A stretch of DNA of 64,000 nt from Antedon mediterranea (lineage: Eukaryota > Animalia > Echinodermata): contig NC_092675.1 in the NCBI RefSeq assembly GCF_964355755.1, positions 8,365,812-8,429,811 on the forward strand, read 5' to 3'. The position numbers and the translations under genes are program-made. Positions 39,001-50,800 of this stretch are shown one piece after another. How positions within the stretch are numbered: the stretch's first letter is position 1; each line of letters starts with the position of its first letter. The notes beneath the pieces are model-generated. The model worked only from the letters and a program-made list of their open reading frames with translations. It did no database searches and was not told the origin of the DNA.

Positions 39001-39260
39001 ACAGTAGCCTAGGTCTATATATTATATAGATTGAGGCATATGGCTAGCTATAGCTAGAGCCTCTAGTCTAGTAGAGGCTAGCCACATGCATGGCCTGGCC
39101 TGGCCCTAGATAGCTAGGCCTAGGTCTATTGTTTCCATAATATGGAGGCTTTCAGCCTACCTTTAACTAGATTCCATCCCAAGCTATCACTTAATTCAGC
39201 AACAGTCAACAAACATTTGTCATACAATGACATAACCTGCAGTAGCTCTATCCTCTGCAT
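30014..39260 (-). CDS. LRRC41: LRRC41 (MUF1)-like elongin BC-box/LRR protein; exons approx. 39260-39161, 36596-36510, 35829-35656, 35170-34824, 34229-34010, 33586-33485, 32875-32785, 31665-31555, 31251-31163, 30721-30642, 30237-30014
   Basis: N-terminal BC-box-like SLYDKCLLTV, then DLPHHVLCDLIHLL..VKG|INSQYVW..CDWRQKY, LRR strands (LEELEL, LQFLDLG, LKYLGL, LEHLRL) and C-terminus FTDHVANM*. These match my recollection of LRRC41 (LFELCG, LPGPIL, GLSTQAIW, CWRAKF, FADYVSTM). Start could be Met at 39260 or 39233. Confidence 0.75.
31731..32665. mobile_element. Non-autonomous element ending in a ~190-bp imperfect palindrome (possibly Crypton-related)
   Basis: GC-richer intronic insert. Internal direct repeat cgatgatattgactgtgtaattttcg x2 (~31828, ~31900). 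Terminal hairpin 32476-32659 with ccctcggg bulges. Confidence 0.55.
33115..33440 (-). mobile_element. L2/Rex-Babar-type LINE 3' fragment
   Basis: Minus strand reads RSGRITYPRWNTERLRRSFLPSAMR, then AATAAA and a (TTGAA)n tail. Confidence 0.65.
36860..38923. mobile_element. Non-autonomous Mutator-like (MULE) DNA transposon in LRRC41 intron 1
   Basis: Exact 9-bp TSD agctataga (36851-36859; 38924-38932). G-start termini. ~110-150 bp TIRs built from GCGAGGCA repeats. Confidence 0.85.
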
Positions 39261-40122
39261 TTTGTTTTGTTTTCCTTGCTTGTTTTTAAAACGCACACGT
39301 GCTTTAAAGGTCATAGTTCACAGTGTTTATGAAGTACAAATGTTGACAAAAAATCTAATAAATGTTATTGAAATAACAGTTTAATACTGTTAATAATAAT
39401 ACACAATTAAATAAATAATACGCACTTAGGCCTATATCAAATCACCCTAAATAACGACTGATTCACAAATGGTTAACTCTCCCTTCAAATTATATGGTTT
39501 TTACTTGAAATCATGAAGATCCGTGTAAGCGCGTTGCATTATGAGATATGTTTTGATCGAAAACTTTGACTGGAAGTCAAAGTTATTTTTTGAACAAAAA
39601 ACGTCTGTATTTCAGTTAAATGATTTTTTTTTTCGACTAATTATTATGATACTTCAAAATGACCTACTTTTTTTCGAAATCTTTTTTTAAAATGTTTTCG
39701 GAATTAGTCAAAGGGACATCTTTAAGTTTAAGCTCACAAAAAGGAAGATACAAAAACATAATATAATCGCCATAATATTTTTACACAAAAGAAGGTTGTA
39801 GGCACACTCCGCGCTCCATACTGTTTTAATTGTCGTATTCGATTTAGACTTTCACCGTTGAGTACAGTTTTTCCGTTCTTTTGAGATTGTTCTTAACGAA
39901 AAAGCTTTCGTTGTCAACGTTTTCTATTCGAATGACTTTCTGTTGAGCACAAATTTACAATTCGAATACAAAAAGTACTCAACGAATCTTTACGTTGACA
40001 ACGAAAGTTCCCAATCGAATACGACAATTGTGTGTGGAATTGTCTACTTTTTAAGAGGGAGATCAAGTCATACCGTCTATAGAAGCTCTGCATTTTGTAT
40101 TTGAGACAAAACAACATTCGAA

Positions 40123-43100
40123 ATGGACCACATGAAAGCCGCATTTGATACGTGGAACTACGAAGGAATAGAGTTGCCTGTGTTTGTCAAGAAAGATGTT
40201 TTGTTAGGTCCAGTAAAAGATTTTGAGGTAAAAGACGATGATGTTTGGCTTTGTACCTATCCAAAGTCTGGTGAGTACAAGAGTCGATATATAAAATGAT
40301 TAATTGTCACCCACAAATGTACAGTAGTATAAAAATACGTCAATAATATTGATGATAACACATACACAACTGTATAATTATTACTAATTTACTACAGTGA
40401 GTTACAGGAGCTTAAATTAATGTGAGTGATAGCTCTTTGCAACAGGAGCAGTGTTGGATCTTTAGTTGTGCTTAAAAAAAGGATCTCCGGGGTTAAAATG
40501 TCGTGCTTATTCTGCTTCACTGCCTCACAGTAAACAAATGGAGATGGTTAATCAACATTGTAACAAAGGTTTTATACCTTACAAATACAAATGTTATCTC
40601 CGGACCTGCCCTTTAAGCTGTCAATAGTAACACAAACGACTATAAAACAAGAATATTTCTTACAAAAAACGCTGCTCGCTCGTTGACGTAGTTTTTTTTT
40701 AAAGATATATTGTCCCGCTGAAAAATATTTTTTATTTCAAATTTCTTTTTGAATGTGTGATTTTATATTATTTTCACATAATAGTTGTTCACGTTAACCA
40801 AACAATTATTTAGGCCTACCTGAAAAAAAATGTAATTTAAAATAAAAAATACTTAAATTACGGTCTGTCAGACAATGGTTTTTGGGTTATAATTAAAAGT
40901 TTTTTTCTCTTTTTATACATGAATAAATATTATTTTTTTGTTACAGAAATGAATGTACTTTTGTATTTGAAGTAAAATACAACAAGAATTCATACTTTGT
41001 TATATGTCATAATTGTGCAATTGAAATTGAAAACTAAAAATACTGTATAAAAAAAACACTTTACTATTAAATGGACTGTTTTGATAATAATTCAATGATT
41101 ATCGGACATCGAATTACAGTATTATAATATCGGTCTAGATTGACAGTAAAATCTAAAATGGGACTCATTGTAAATACCATAAATAATGTTTTGATTATTT
41201 TACAGTGAATTATTATAATAGGCCTACTGGCCTAGGTTGACAGCAAGAACAAAGTCATTATTTATTGAACATGATTTTACAGATTACTGTCTACATGCAT
41301 CTATACAATCTGTATTATCAGCAAATTGTTTCATAGACCTCTTCTCCCAGACGTGCTTTGGGGATTGTAATTTTAGCATGACCTGTCCTAGTTTACAAAT
41401 TATCAAAAACGTCAGCCTCTAGAACTATAACTGCTGCTTGCTTATAGCTTCTGAATGAGTAGTCCTCTTGGGATGTAGCTGGCTAAGGCAGCATGAAAAT
41501 GTCCTTCTAAATATTCACTTCACTGGATAAAAATAAGGCGTATAGACCTACATACCCACGTCCTACTATTCCACAATCTCCAATATGAAACAAAACTAGA
41601 ACTCTCTAATACTTCGTTTCTATACTTCTAAAGTGTTTAATACATTATGCCTAACTTGAAAATTTAGGCCTACCAAAGATATTGTATTTTATAAATGTTG
41701 TTAATTAACTTATTATATGGTGGTCAGGCAATTTTATGAGCAATATGTTCATAACATTTTGTTCTTCTAGGAACACATTTTACCATGCAAATGTTAAATT
41801 TATTACAATTTGATGGTGATTTTGCTCAATTAAACAAGCACACTGAATCTATTCCTCGTGGACCAGGGCCATTTGGAGTATCAGTCCCTCAAGCAGATGG
41901 CAGTACACAACACACCCACGAATACTTCGGAAGTTTACCATCACCGAGGATGATTGTTACCCACCTTCCATTCCATCTTCTACCCACACAAGTGTTTGAG
42001 AAAAAAGCAAAGGTATATCAATGCTGCTGCAGTCTAAGTGACTATTTCTATAAGCTGCTGTTTTTGTCAGGCGTGATTCGTGTTACTTAAGCTTGTTTCT
42101 TCCAACTAGAGAAACGCACCGCAAGGACGTTTGAGGCGCAACGCAAACGTGTTGACCACCAATGACAAGCAAAAGTTTAGTCGAATAATTCATCGCTTTC
42201 GATTGGTCAAATCACTTAATTTGCGTTACGTGCTTGTCGTGTTGCGTCTCCAGTACATTGGGAGATTAGGTTATTATACGCATTGATTTTACCAATATAC
42301 ACATGATTGCTCCAAGCTCCTATAACTGTTTGCTTCACCTCCTTCTTCGCCGATATTTTGGGAGCAATGTTCACAACATTAATAGTGTGTTTATGTTTTT
42401 ACCTTGCAGGTAATTTATGTTGCTCGTAACCCAAAAGACGCGGCTGTATCGTTTTACCATTTCATACAACCATCCATGAAAGCATTTGGCAAAGATTTTG
42501 AATGGAATGATTTTATAGAAAGATACATGTCAGATAAAGGTAAAAACAATTCTTTTCCGACTATGGCGACTTTGATTTTTCCCCTGAAGTCGTAATATAA
42601 GTGTTTTTTTACTTAGGCCTAATATAATTGATTTTAATAGTAGGCCTACATCGCTTAACTATCAATATTTCAGATACGTTTCATTTCAAGTACAAATAAA
42701 GTTGACTATGTTTTATTTATCTTATCGGATTTTTTTCCAGCACATATAGGACCGTGGCATTCTCACGTTCTACCGTTCTGGAAACGTAGAGCCGACGAAA
42801 ATGTTCTGTTCCTAAAGTTTGAGGAAATGAAAATGGTATGTGCTTAGAACCTATACATGGAGCCTTTGTGTCCGCAAAGCTGGCTCCCGACAATACCAAT
42901 GCGTGTGCGCGAGCCGGCCTTGATATGCCGTCAAGTTTCGTTGGTAATTACGTCCTATGAAAATGATTCCCTATAGTAGGCCTACGTTATTTTAAGCAGT
43001 GAAGATAATAAAAAAAACTCTACCGTAACAGCACTCTGCATTCATGTTGTATTTATACATTTAGGACAAATATGAAGCAGTCAAGAAAATTGCAAAATTT

Positions 43101-43879
43101 GTTGGAAAAGCAGTTACAGAAGATTTACTAAATAAAGTTGTTGAAAATTCATCATTAAAAAAAACCAAAGAAGCAATGGATTCCGAACACTACCGAAGCG
43201 GAACAACTAGTGCGGCTAAACTTGGATCATTTGTGAGGAAAGGTAGGCTAACTTGACAATATTACGTTTTATTCAAAGAAATTGTAAGTGACGGAAGCAA
43301 CAGCAGCGGCAACAAGCAAGAGCGCGGCAAAACAGCAGAAGTGTCGCAATCAGCAACTAGAATCAGGCAACACCGCGACTGACAGCAGCAGCGGCGACGG
43401 GTAACAGCGCGGCAACAGCAGAAGCGCCGCAATCATCAACTAGAATCAGGCAACAGCCCGACTGACAGCAGCGCTGCAGCGGCAATGGGCAACAGCAGAA
43501 GCGCCGCAATCAGCAACTAGAATCAGACAACAACAGGCTATTCCATAGGTCTACAACAACGACGATACATATCAATGTTATTTTTATTGCTGGTCATGAC
43601 ATGATTTTAATTTTTTTTTTATATTTCCAGCGACAGCGATATTTCGTCGTTCAGTATCGTCCGTTGTATAAACGACGGGCATTTATTCAATTGAGACAGT
43701 TCAAATTCACAATAACCTAAATATTTTGTTAAATGTTTTTTTTTAAACATATATTTTATATTTTACCAGGAACAATTGGTGATTGGAAAAACGAATTTAC
43801 TGTTGCTCAGAGTCAACAATATGATATGATACTCGAAAAAGCGCTAAAAGGATCGGGATTAGTCATGCAGTTCGAATAA
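40123..43879 (+). CDS. Cytosolic sulfotransferase (SULT1-like); exons 40123-40270, 41771-42011, 42410-42539, 42741-42835, 43065-43242, 43770-43879
   Basis: 5'-PSB loop TYPKSGT, catalytic THLPFHLLP, 3'-PB RNPKDAAVSFYH, LFLKFEEMK, and RKGTIGDWKNEFTVAQ. Confidence 0.93.
42089..42262. mobile_element. MITE family copy; second copy, in opposite orientation, at ~53867-53985
   Basis: Shared cgcaaggacgt...cgaataat(c/t)catcgctt..gattggtcaaatcactta...gttgcgtc core, with agct termini. Confidence 0.6.
43295..43532. repeat. GC-rich minisatellite, ~80-85 bp unit x ~3, in the last SULT intron
   Basis: aacagcagaagcgccgcaatcagcaactagaatcaggcaac recurs three times. Confidence 0.85.
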
Positions 43880-44898
43880 AATCAAGAACTTGAACTTAAA
43901 AGCATAACGATTATTCAACATAAATAGAGTCCAATCATATCAATTTTATTGTGACTAACACAGAGGCCAGTCAATGTTTTTAACAATACTATCAGGATTA
44001 TCATGACATAAACATTTTTAATTTGTCTACAAACTAAGCCTATATTAAATTAATATCATATAAAAATCTACTTAGGACTTTTCAAAGTCACTATTGACGA
44101 AAACCTACCTCAATCATTGTTTGTTTTTTGATTAAATTGTATACAATGGAGAATTATGTTTTAAAATAGATTATATGAAATAAAATAATTAAAATATGTT
44201 ATGATATACTTTATTTTTATTGAAATAATGTTCTCTATATAGATTTATGCTCTCTCTAAAATAAGCGCCGAACAAAACTAAAATGATATGAGAATGCCAC
44301 ACACATATGGATACAGAGACACAGTACCAACTACCAAGGACCTAATACACATTCAAAGTTTTTTTCTGTGATACATAGGCCTACATGTATGATGCATAAA
44401 GAAGAAGGTTAAGCACTTAGCAGCTTCCTCAAGATGAGCATGTGACTATCATTTCACGAGTGCGTTAATGATTGGAGGGTCTTTACAAAAACATATGGTT
44501 ATTAAAGTGTTTTACAAATGTTCTATTATACTACTTAAGCTGTGAAGTAAAAAAACAACAAACGTAGGCCTACATGATAGCCAAAATCTTGAAGAAAGTC
44601 TCCCTCAAAACAGGTGAATCCTCCACTGACATTTTGAATTCGGCTTATCTATAATTAATTAGGCCTAACACGTCAAACTATAGGGGCTGAACTACTGTAT
44701 TTTATAAACTAAATAATATTGATAACAATTTAATTTTAAAATAGTTATCATTTTAGAACTTGAAACAATACCGAATTTTACGCAATTAACCAATTAAGCA
44801 AACACACGTGATTATAGGAAAACAAGTAAAAATAAGAAAGCAATAAGAAAAAAAAGAAAAAAATAGAATTTCGGTCTGAATACGACATAAAACATGGC

Positions 44899-47800
44899 TT
44901 AGAGAGCTGTCATGTCATCTTCCGTATCGTCATCATCTTGAACGTCATCCATAAAATGAACTTTCTTTAACTCGACATCTGGAATATCAGAAGAACTTTC
45001 AGAACTCATGGGGATAGAAACGAAATCATTTGACGTTTTCTTCTTGCCAAATTCACCAGTGTCATCGTCTATAATAACGCCTGAATGGTCTTTGTGGTCT
45101 GTGCCAACCTTATCTGGTGAATCTCTAAACACCTCGTGGTCTTCTGACACGATGGTTTCATCATCAGTTGTCCCGTCGATGGTACCAGGTGCAATGATGA
45201 ATGAATCACTGTATTCATCATCAGCTCCTTCTTCTTCCTCTTCTTCGTCTTCTCCTTCAGTTAAGTCTCGGCTATTAGTTTCTTTTGTCAAACCATCGTC
45301 ACCATACCCAAATGAATTGAACCCGTGACCCTTACCACTGTCAACGTAAACTCGAGCGACAGTGGTTTTTCTAGTGCCATTTGGAGTCATGGGAACAATG
45401 GCATTGTCCCAATCGATGGTACTAGGATCAAAGTTATCATCGTTGCCATCGTGTTCATTTTGAAATTCTGTTAGTTGTTCCTGAAAAAGAAAAAGTGTGT
45501 TTTTATAATGAAATCCTTAAAGGATAATATTTTAAAGGGTTGCTCTGGGTTGAAAACTTGTAATGTTTATTATAATATATAAGCCTTTGTAACAAAATAA
45601 CCCCATTTATTTTTTGAGAAAATATTGTTGTTCATCAGAAGTAAAACAGAACGAGCATCATGACATGAGCATATTTTTAAATCTGTGCTCAGGAATAGCC
45701 TACATTCATAAGAATAATGTTAACTCTCACCATTGATTCATAAACGTTCTCAGTCACATTTGTAGTAGGACTAGTAATCAGTAAGTCATCTTCTCTATAA
45801 ACCATATCTTGTCCAACTTCATCTACATCTGTCTTTAATGTATTACTGAAATGAAAGCACGTCATTTAGTACTTATTTATTAGCATCAATGATGTTATAC
45901 ACGCGTACTGGTATAACTTAATTAAATGCCGAATTAACTTTTTTAAGAGGGCATGCGTCCACCCGGCTATTGGATTCGAACATCCCAAAGTTCATTGACT
46001 ATTCTACACCAGGTAAGCCAATAGAAAGGATACGTGTAGAATGTCGCATGTTCACTCAAGAACCTTAACTGAATTCCGTACACATGGTTTTAGTATAAGC
46101 ATGTAATATTACGATTGGCTTACCTCTTTTTAACTTCCATTCCTTCACTTATATCGGATTCATTTTCAAAAGCAAAATTCCTAACACCATTTACATAATG
46201 TTTCTTCCTTATCATGCTTTCACGTAATACATTGTTCCTCCTTGCCTGTTCATACCTGAATAATAGTATAAATGTTATAAGTTAGGCCTAGATGGTAAAT
46301 TGCGAAGGAAAATTGATCTGTTTTTTTAAACGATTCCCCTTCTTGTATCGTTGTTCCCATTAGGCCCTGCTGAATCAAACGATTTAAAGCTTGAGTTAAG
46401 TGCCTTTATGGCATCATGCCTTCTGGTGTTAGGTATACAAACGGTTGCCACTGTTTGAAGGTTTTGCTTACTAGAAGCTGTCCATCTTAGGATCACTTAC
46501 TGTAGTTGTGTGATCCTCGGATGGACAAGCTTCTCAAACTCGTAGAGTTTGAAATCAAAATGGAGAATGTTAGGGGATTAGGATAATTGTCAATTTGTGA
46601 TTCGTTTGTCATCACACTGCCTAAATACGAATTATAAAAACAGTAACTTACTCTTCAAATGAATATACAATGAAATATAATAGAATACAGGAACCAACTA
46701 GAATAGTGGAAGCAAATACAATCATCACCAATCCTAGGACATCATTTTGTGTTGAGGACAATTTCTGGATTGGAACCAGTTTACAATCATCAATATCCTT
46801 TGTACTTTCTTTATCACAAGAAGTTAAGCTATGAAAAATAAAATGTATTAATAATAGTATATATAAATCCAAAGGCAAATAACTGAAAAAATGACAATGC
46901 TGTGGGTAACAGTGGCTGGATCTCAATGGAGATACAAAAAAAAGCGAAAAGCTAAATCAAAACGATAAAGTAAAACAGCCAGAAAAGTTAGCAGAGCTTT
47001 CGGGCAACACTAGCCCTTCATCAGTGACATATAAGTGATATATTATCAATTTGATTTTTTTAAATAATTATTAATACAAATAGTGTGTACTTACTTTTTA
47101 AACTCGTCATAAGTATAAAAACGTCCTTCATTTGATAAAACTATCACCATCATTTCAGATCTGAAAATTAATTTTAAACTTAGTATCTTTTATCATTTAA
47201 GAAAAAAATAACTGGATTTTGAACAATATTTAGCGGCTTATAAAGTGTTCCAGTATTCCAAATCAAATCATTTAAAACGTCAACACAAACGGAGTATTGC
47301 TTGGCTACAACTTTACCAATTGTACGTTTGGTGTAAAATAAATGTTGCTGTAAAATACGACCGCGATTGTTTAAAGACTGAATGGATCAACGTTCTTGTC
47401 TCTTTAATTATTTTGTTATAATAATAAGGTACAATCAGACACTTGTAAAGCATGGCCAAGTTATTCAACTTACTTTTCAGAATCAACCTCAATTGGCATA
47501 TACGTTGTACGTGGCGAAATACTTTCTACAAATATATTTACATCAAAATTGTCTTCTAAATCTCTGTAAAAAATTTAAGAACAAAACAGTCAGTGCTTTA
47601 CGTGGTATTGTACATTTTTTTAATTTAGAAATTTATATATTATAATTTATATAACAATCAGAAGCTAATTAACATTTTAAAGCACACACAATATAAATTC
47701 ATAGTTATTAATAAGATATTCGCACTTACTTAACAATATATTGTTGCTCATCTTTGATAGATTCAACTGATTTGTTGAAAATCAACAGAATGTGCTCAAA

Positions 47801-50800
47801 CCTCGACAAGATTCTAATCTATGAAAAACGAAAACAAATATAAAATAAACAAGTTTATTGGTACCGTAAAGATATATGGAAATATAATAGACTAGGCCTA
47901 GAACTGCAATAAAAAGTCAAAGTCACATTTTTGTCAGATCGAAACCCAAATAAATGGTTTTGTTACTTTACTTACATACTTTATTGAATAATAAAAAATA
48001 AAAAATCGTCTAAAACAAGTTGCCTTCCCATAACGTACTTTCGAATTGGTTGTTGTTGTACTTTCTCCAGTTACGGTACTATTCTCATCCGTTACTTGTA
48101 TGGTATACTCAAATTCTTGTTTCTTCCAATTATCTGGATTAGAGTAATCAATGTCCTTGTACAGAAACCCCTTACCAAATACCTGTCCAGTGTCTGAATC
48201 AATCATAAACAAGCTGTTGTCAGATGGTGACATGCTATACTCTAGCTTGGACGTTGTATCTTTATCTTGTGCCTGTAGGTTAATTAAAACAGTCAATACA
48301 AATGTACGGGGTAAAAACATATCAGAACTGTATTAAATTTGTCCAGTACAGGAAAATATCATGCTACAAAATCACATATGTTTCACAGTGCAGGCCTATC
48401 AATTAGTATTCCTTCATTTATTTCTTTATTTCGGATATTACATCCCTATATAAATCATACAAACAAAAAAAGAAACAATTACACCCGAAAATTAAAAATA
48501 TATGCAACTTCCATAAAACCAACCTACAATATCCTAAAAAACAACACTGATGTAGGTTGGATTGTTGAAGTACAGCAAACTCTAAATGAGTTCACAGTAC
48601 CTTCATTGAATTTACTCCATAGAGTCATACATTATACATTAACGCAATACGTTTCAAATAACTGAAATTTCACTTCAACGGAACATTTGCATGCATTATG
48701 TATTAGTTCTGATACATAGCTCGATACTGCTTCTTATATCATTATCATCATTCATAGAGTTACAAATCACATGACCCAAGTATGTTATACAGTCAACAAA
48801 TTCAAGGTCAATGGTTTAGCTTAACACTGGGTAAACCTGTTTTTGTATTGTATCACATTCCATAAACTCATATCTCTAATAACCTAACCTTACATGATAC
48901 AGGTATCAGATGTGATAGGCCTACAAATCAAATTCCGTATTACCAAACATTCCTATGATACTGAGAAAATATTGTAGTATGTATCACTGATAATCGGGAA
49001 CTTTATAGCAGTGGTATACATTATCTCTTTCAATCTCGTAAAACAAAATATATAAAAAGGGTTTTAGATTTGCGAATTAATACTATTAAATTCACCAACC
49101 TGAACTTGAAATAGCTCATAACCATATTCGGTGTCATCTCGGACACCAGCAATAATGTAACCATCAATGTTATCGTTTTCAATTGTTGGTGGTTCATCGT
49201 TAATATCCTCAAGAATGATAGTTAGCAAAATTTCATTTGAAGTTAAAACAGTATCTAAATTCAAACAAATCATAGTTCATGTTAAGAAAAGAACAAAGTA
49301 CAGTACTAATTTCATTATATGAAATATAGTTTTAGTCGTTTCTCGCCACAATTAATGACAGATAAGGCCAGTCCGCAATTTCATTTTTCGTACATTAGTT
49401 GGGGACTACTTCAAAAATATAACTAAACGTAACCTTCTAAATAATCTCTCTCTCACTATAAAGTAAAAAAGAGGTTGCTCATGGGATTCGAACTTCATAC
49501 ATCAACATGTAAAGTCCATGGTCTAATCCACTCGACTACACAGACGGCTCGGCCTTTCTATGGTACACAGATATGACAAACGTGAGGAGAGGGAGAGAAA
49601 GCTACGCTACATTACCAGAAGATGGATATGTTTGAAGTGCAGCGACGTGTTTCAAATCGTTACTTTCCGTTTCGCAATCACTCGTCAGATTAGAGCATTC
49701 GTTTAGTGTATAGTTACAGAATTCAGCAGCTATTATCAAAGTATATGAGGCATTTGCTTCTCGATCTAGTTCATAAATTGGTCTCAAGATGTTAACTAGT
49801 GGGTCGGGTATACAGAAATCATCTACCAGAAGAAGAAGAAGAAAAAAAAATAATAATCTTCTAAATTATTCGGTCACTACAATGCGTTCAGTAGTCAAAA
49901 GGCATACCATTTATTATTAGCTTTATCAATACATTCCACAACCCGTAACATGAAGTGGCGTAATATGCTATTTATTCAAGAAGAACGGTAGCAATACAAA
50001 AACCGTAATATATAGCCTATACAAAAATAAATAGATTTCCTCAACAGCAACAAAAGGTTTCCATGATATTTAAAAATGATGTAGGCCAAAGAAGAGTAAA
50101 ATTAGCGATTTCACTCTTGCTGTTTCAACCAATAAATTTACACACGATGATACAAATAAAAAATATATTGCACACATAAATTACAATAGTTTATAATTGA
50201 CGAATATAGGCCCCTAATACCGTATTCTATATATTCCAAAGTGACGAATTAAATTCTAGTCATTCTTTTTTTCTTCAAATTGAATGTGAAAAACTTACCA
50301 ACACCACTTCCCCCTGTAATAGAATAGGTCACATTCCCTTCATTTCGATTTTCATCAGGAAGTTCTGCTGCTGGAAACTGTTTTTGATCCGTTGATTCTT
50401 CCATGATTTCCAACCTATGTACACAATATTTTCTTTCTAGTTAGTTATTTGTATTCCTTTCAAACTTATCCAACAACAAATACTGTAATAATACTGGGTG
50501 AATAAACTATAATATCTTTTTTTTAATAAAAAATTAATTGAGGCTTGTTGTGTGGAGAAAAAATACCAATCACACTTTAGGCTAAGGGAAACATCCTTAA
50601 AATTAAGAAAATCTCCTATCGAATTGAATATAATTTAAACCCTTATCATACCGGATTCTTTTTAAGAAAAATGCTTAAATATTTATTGAGTTAAGTGAAA
50701 TACTTTTATTTAAGAGAAATATCTCACGTAAGTGTGAACAGGCCACTGGATACATTCCTCGTTCTTACTCTTTTGATATTGTTGTTTTTCTAAGCACCAG

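Noticed and set aside
45008-45328. Ser-rich plus-strand ORF
   Set aside because: Antisense shadow of the acidic cadherin tail.
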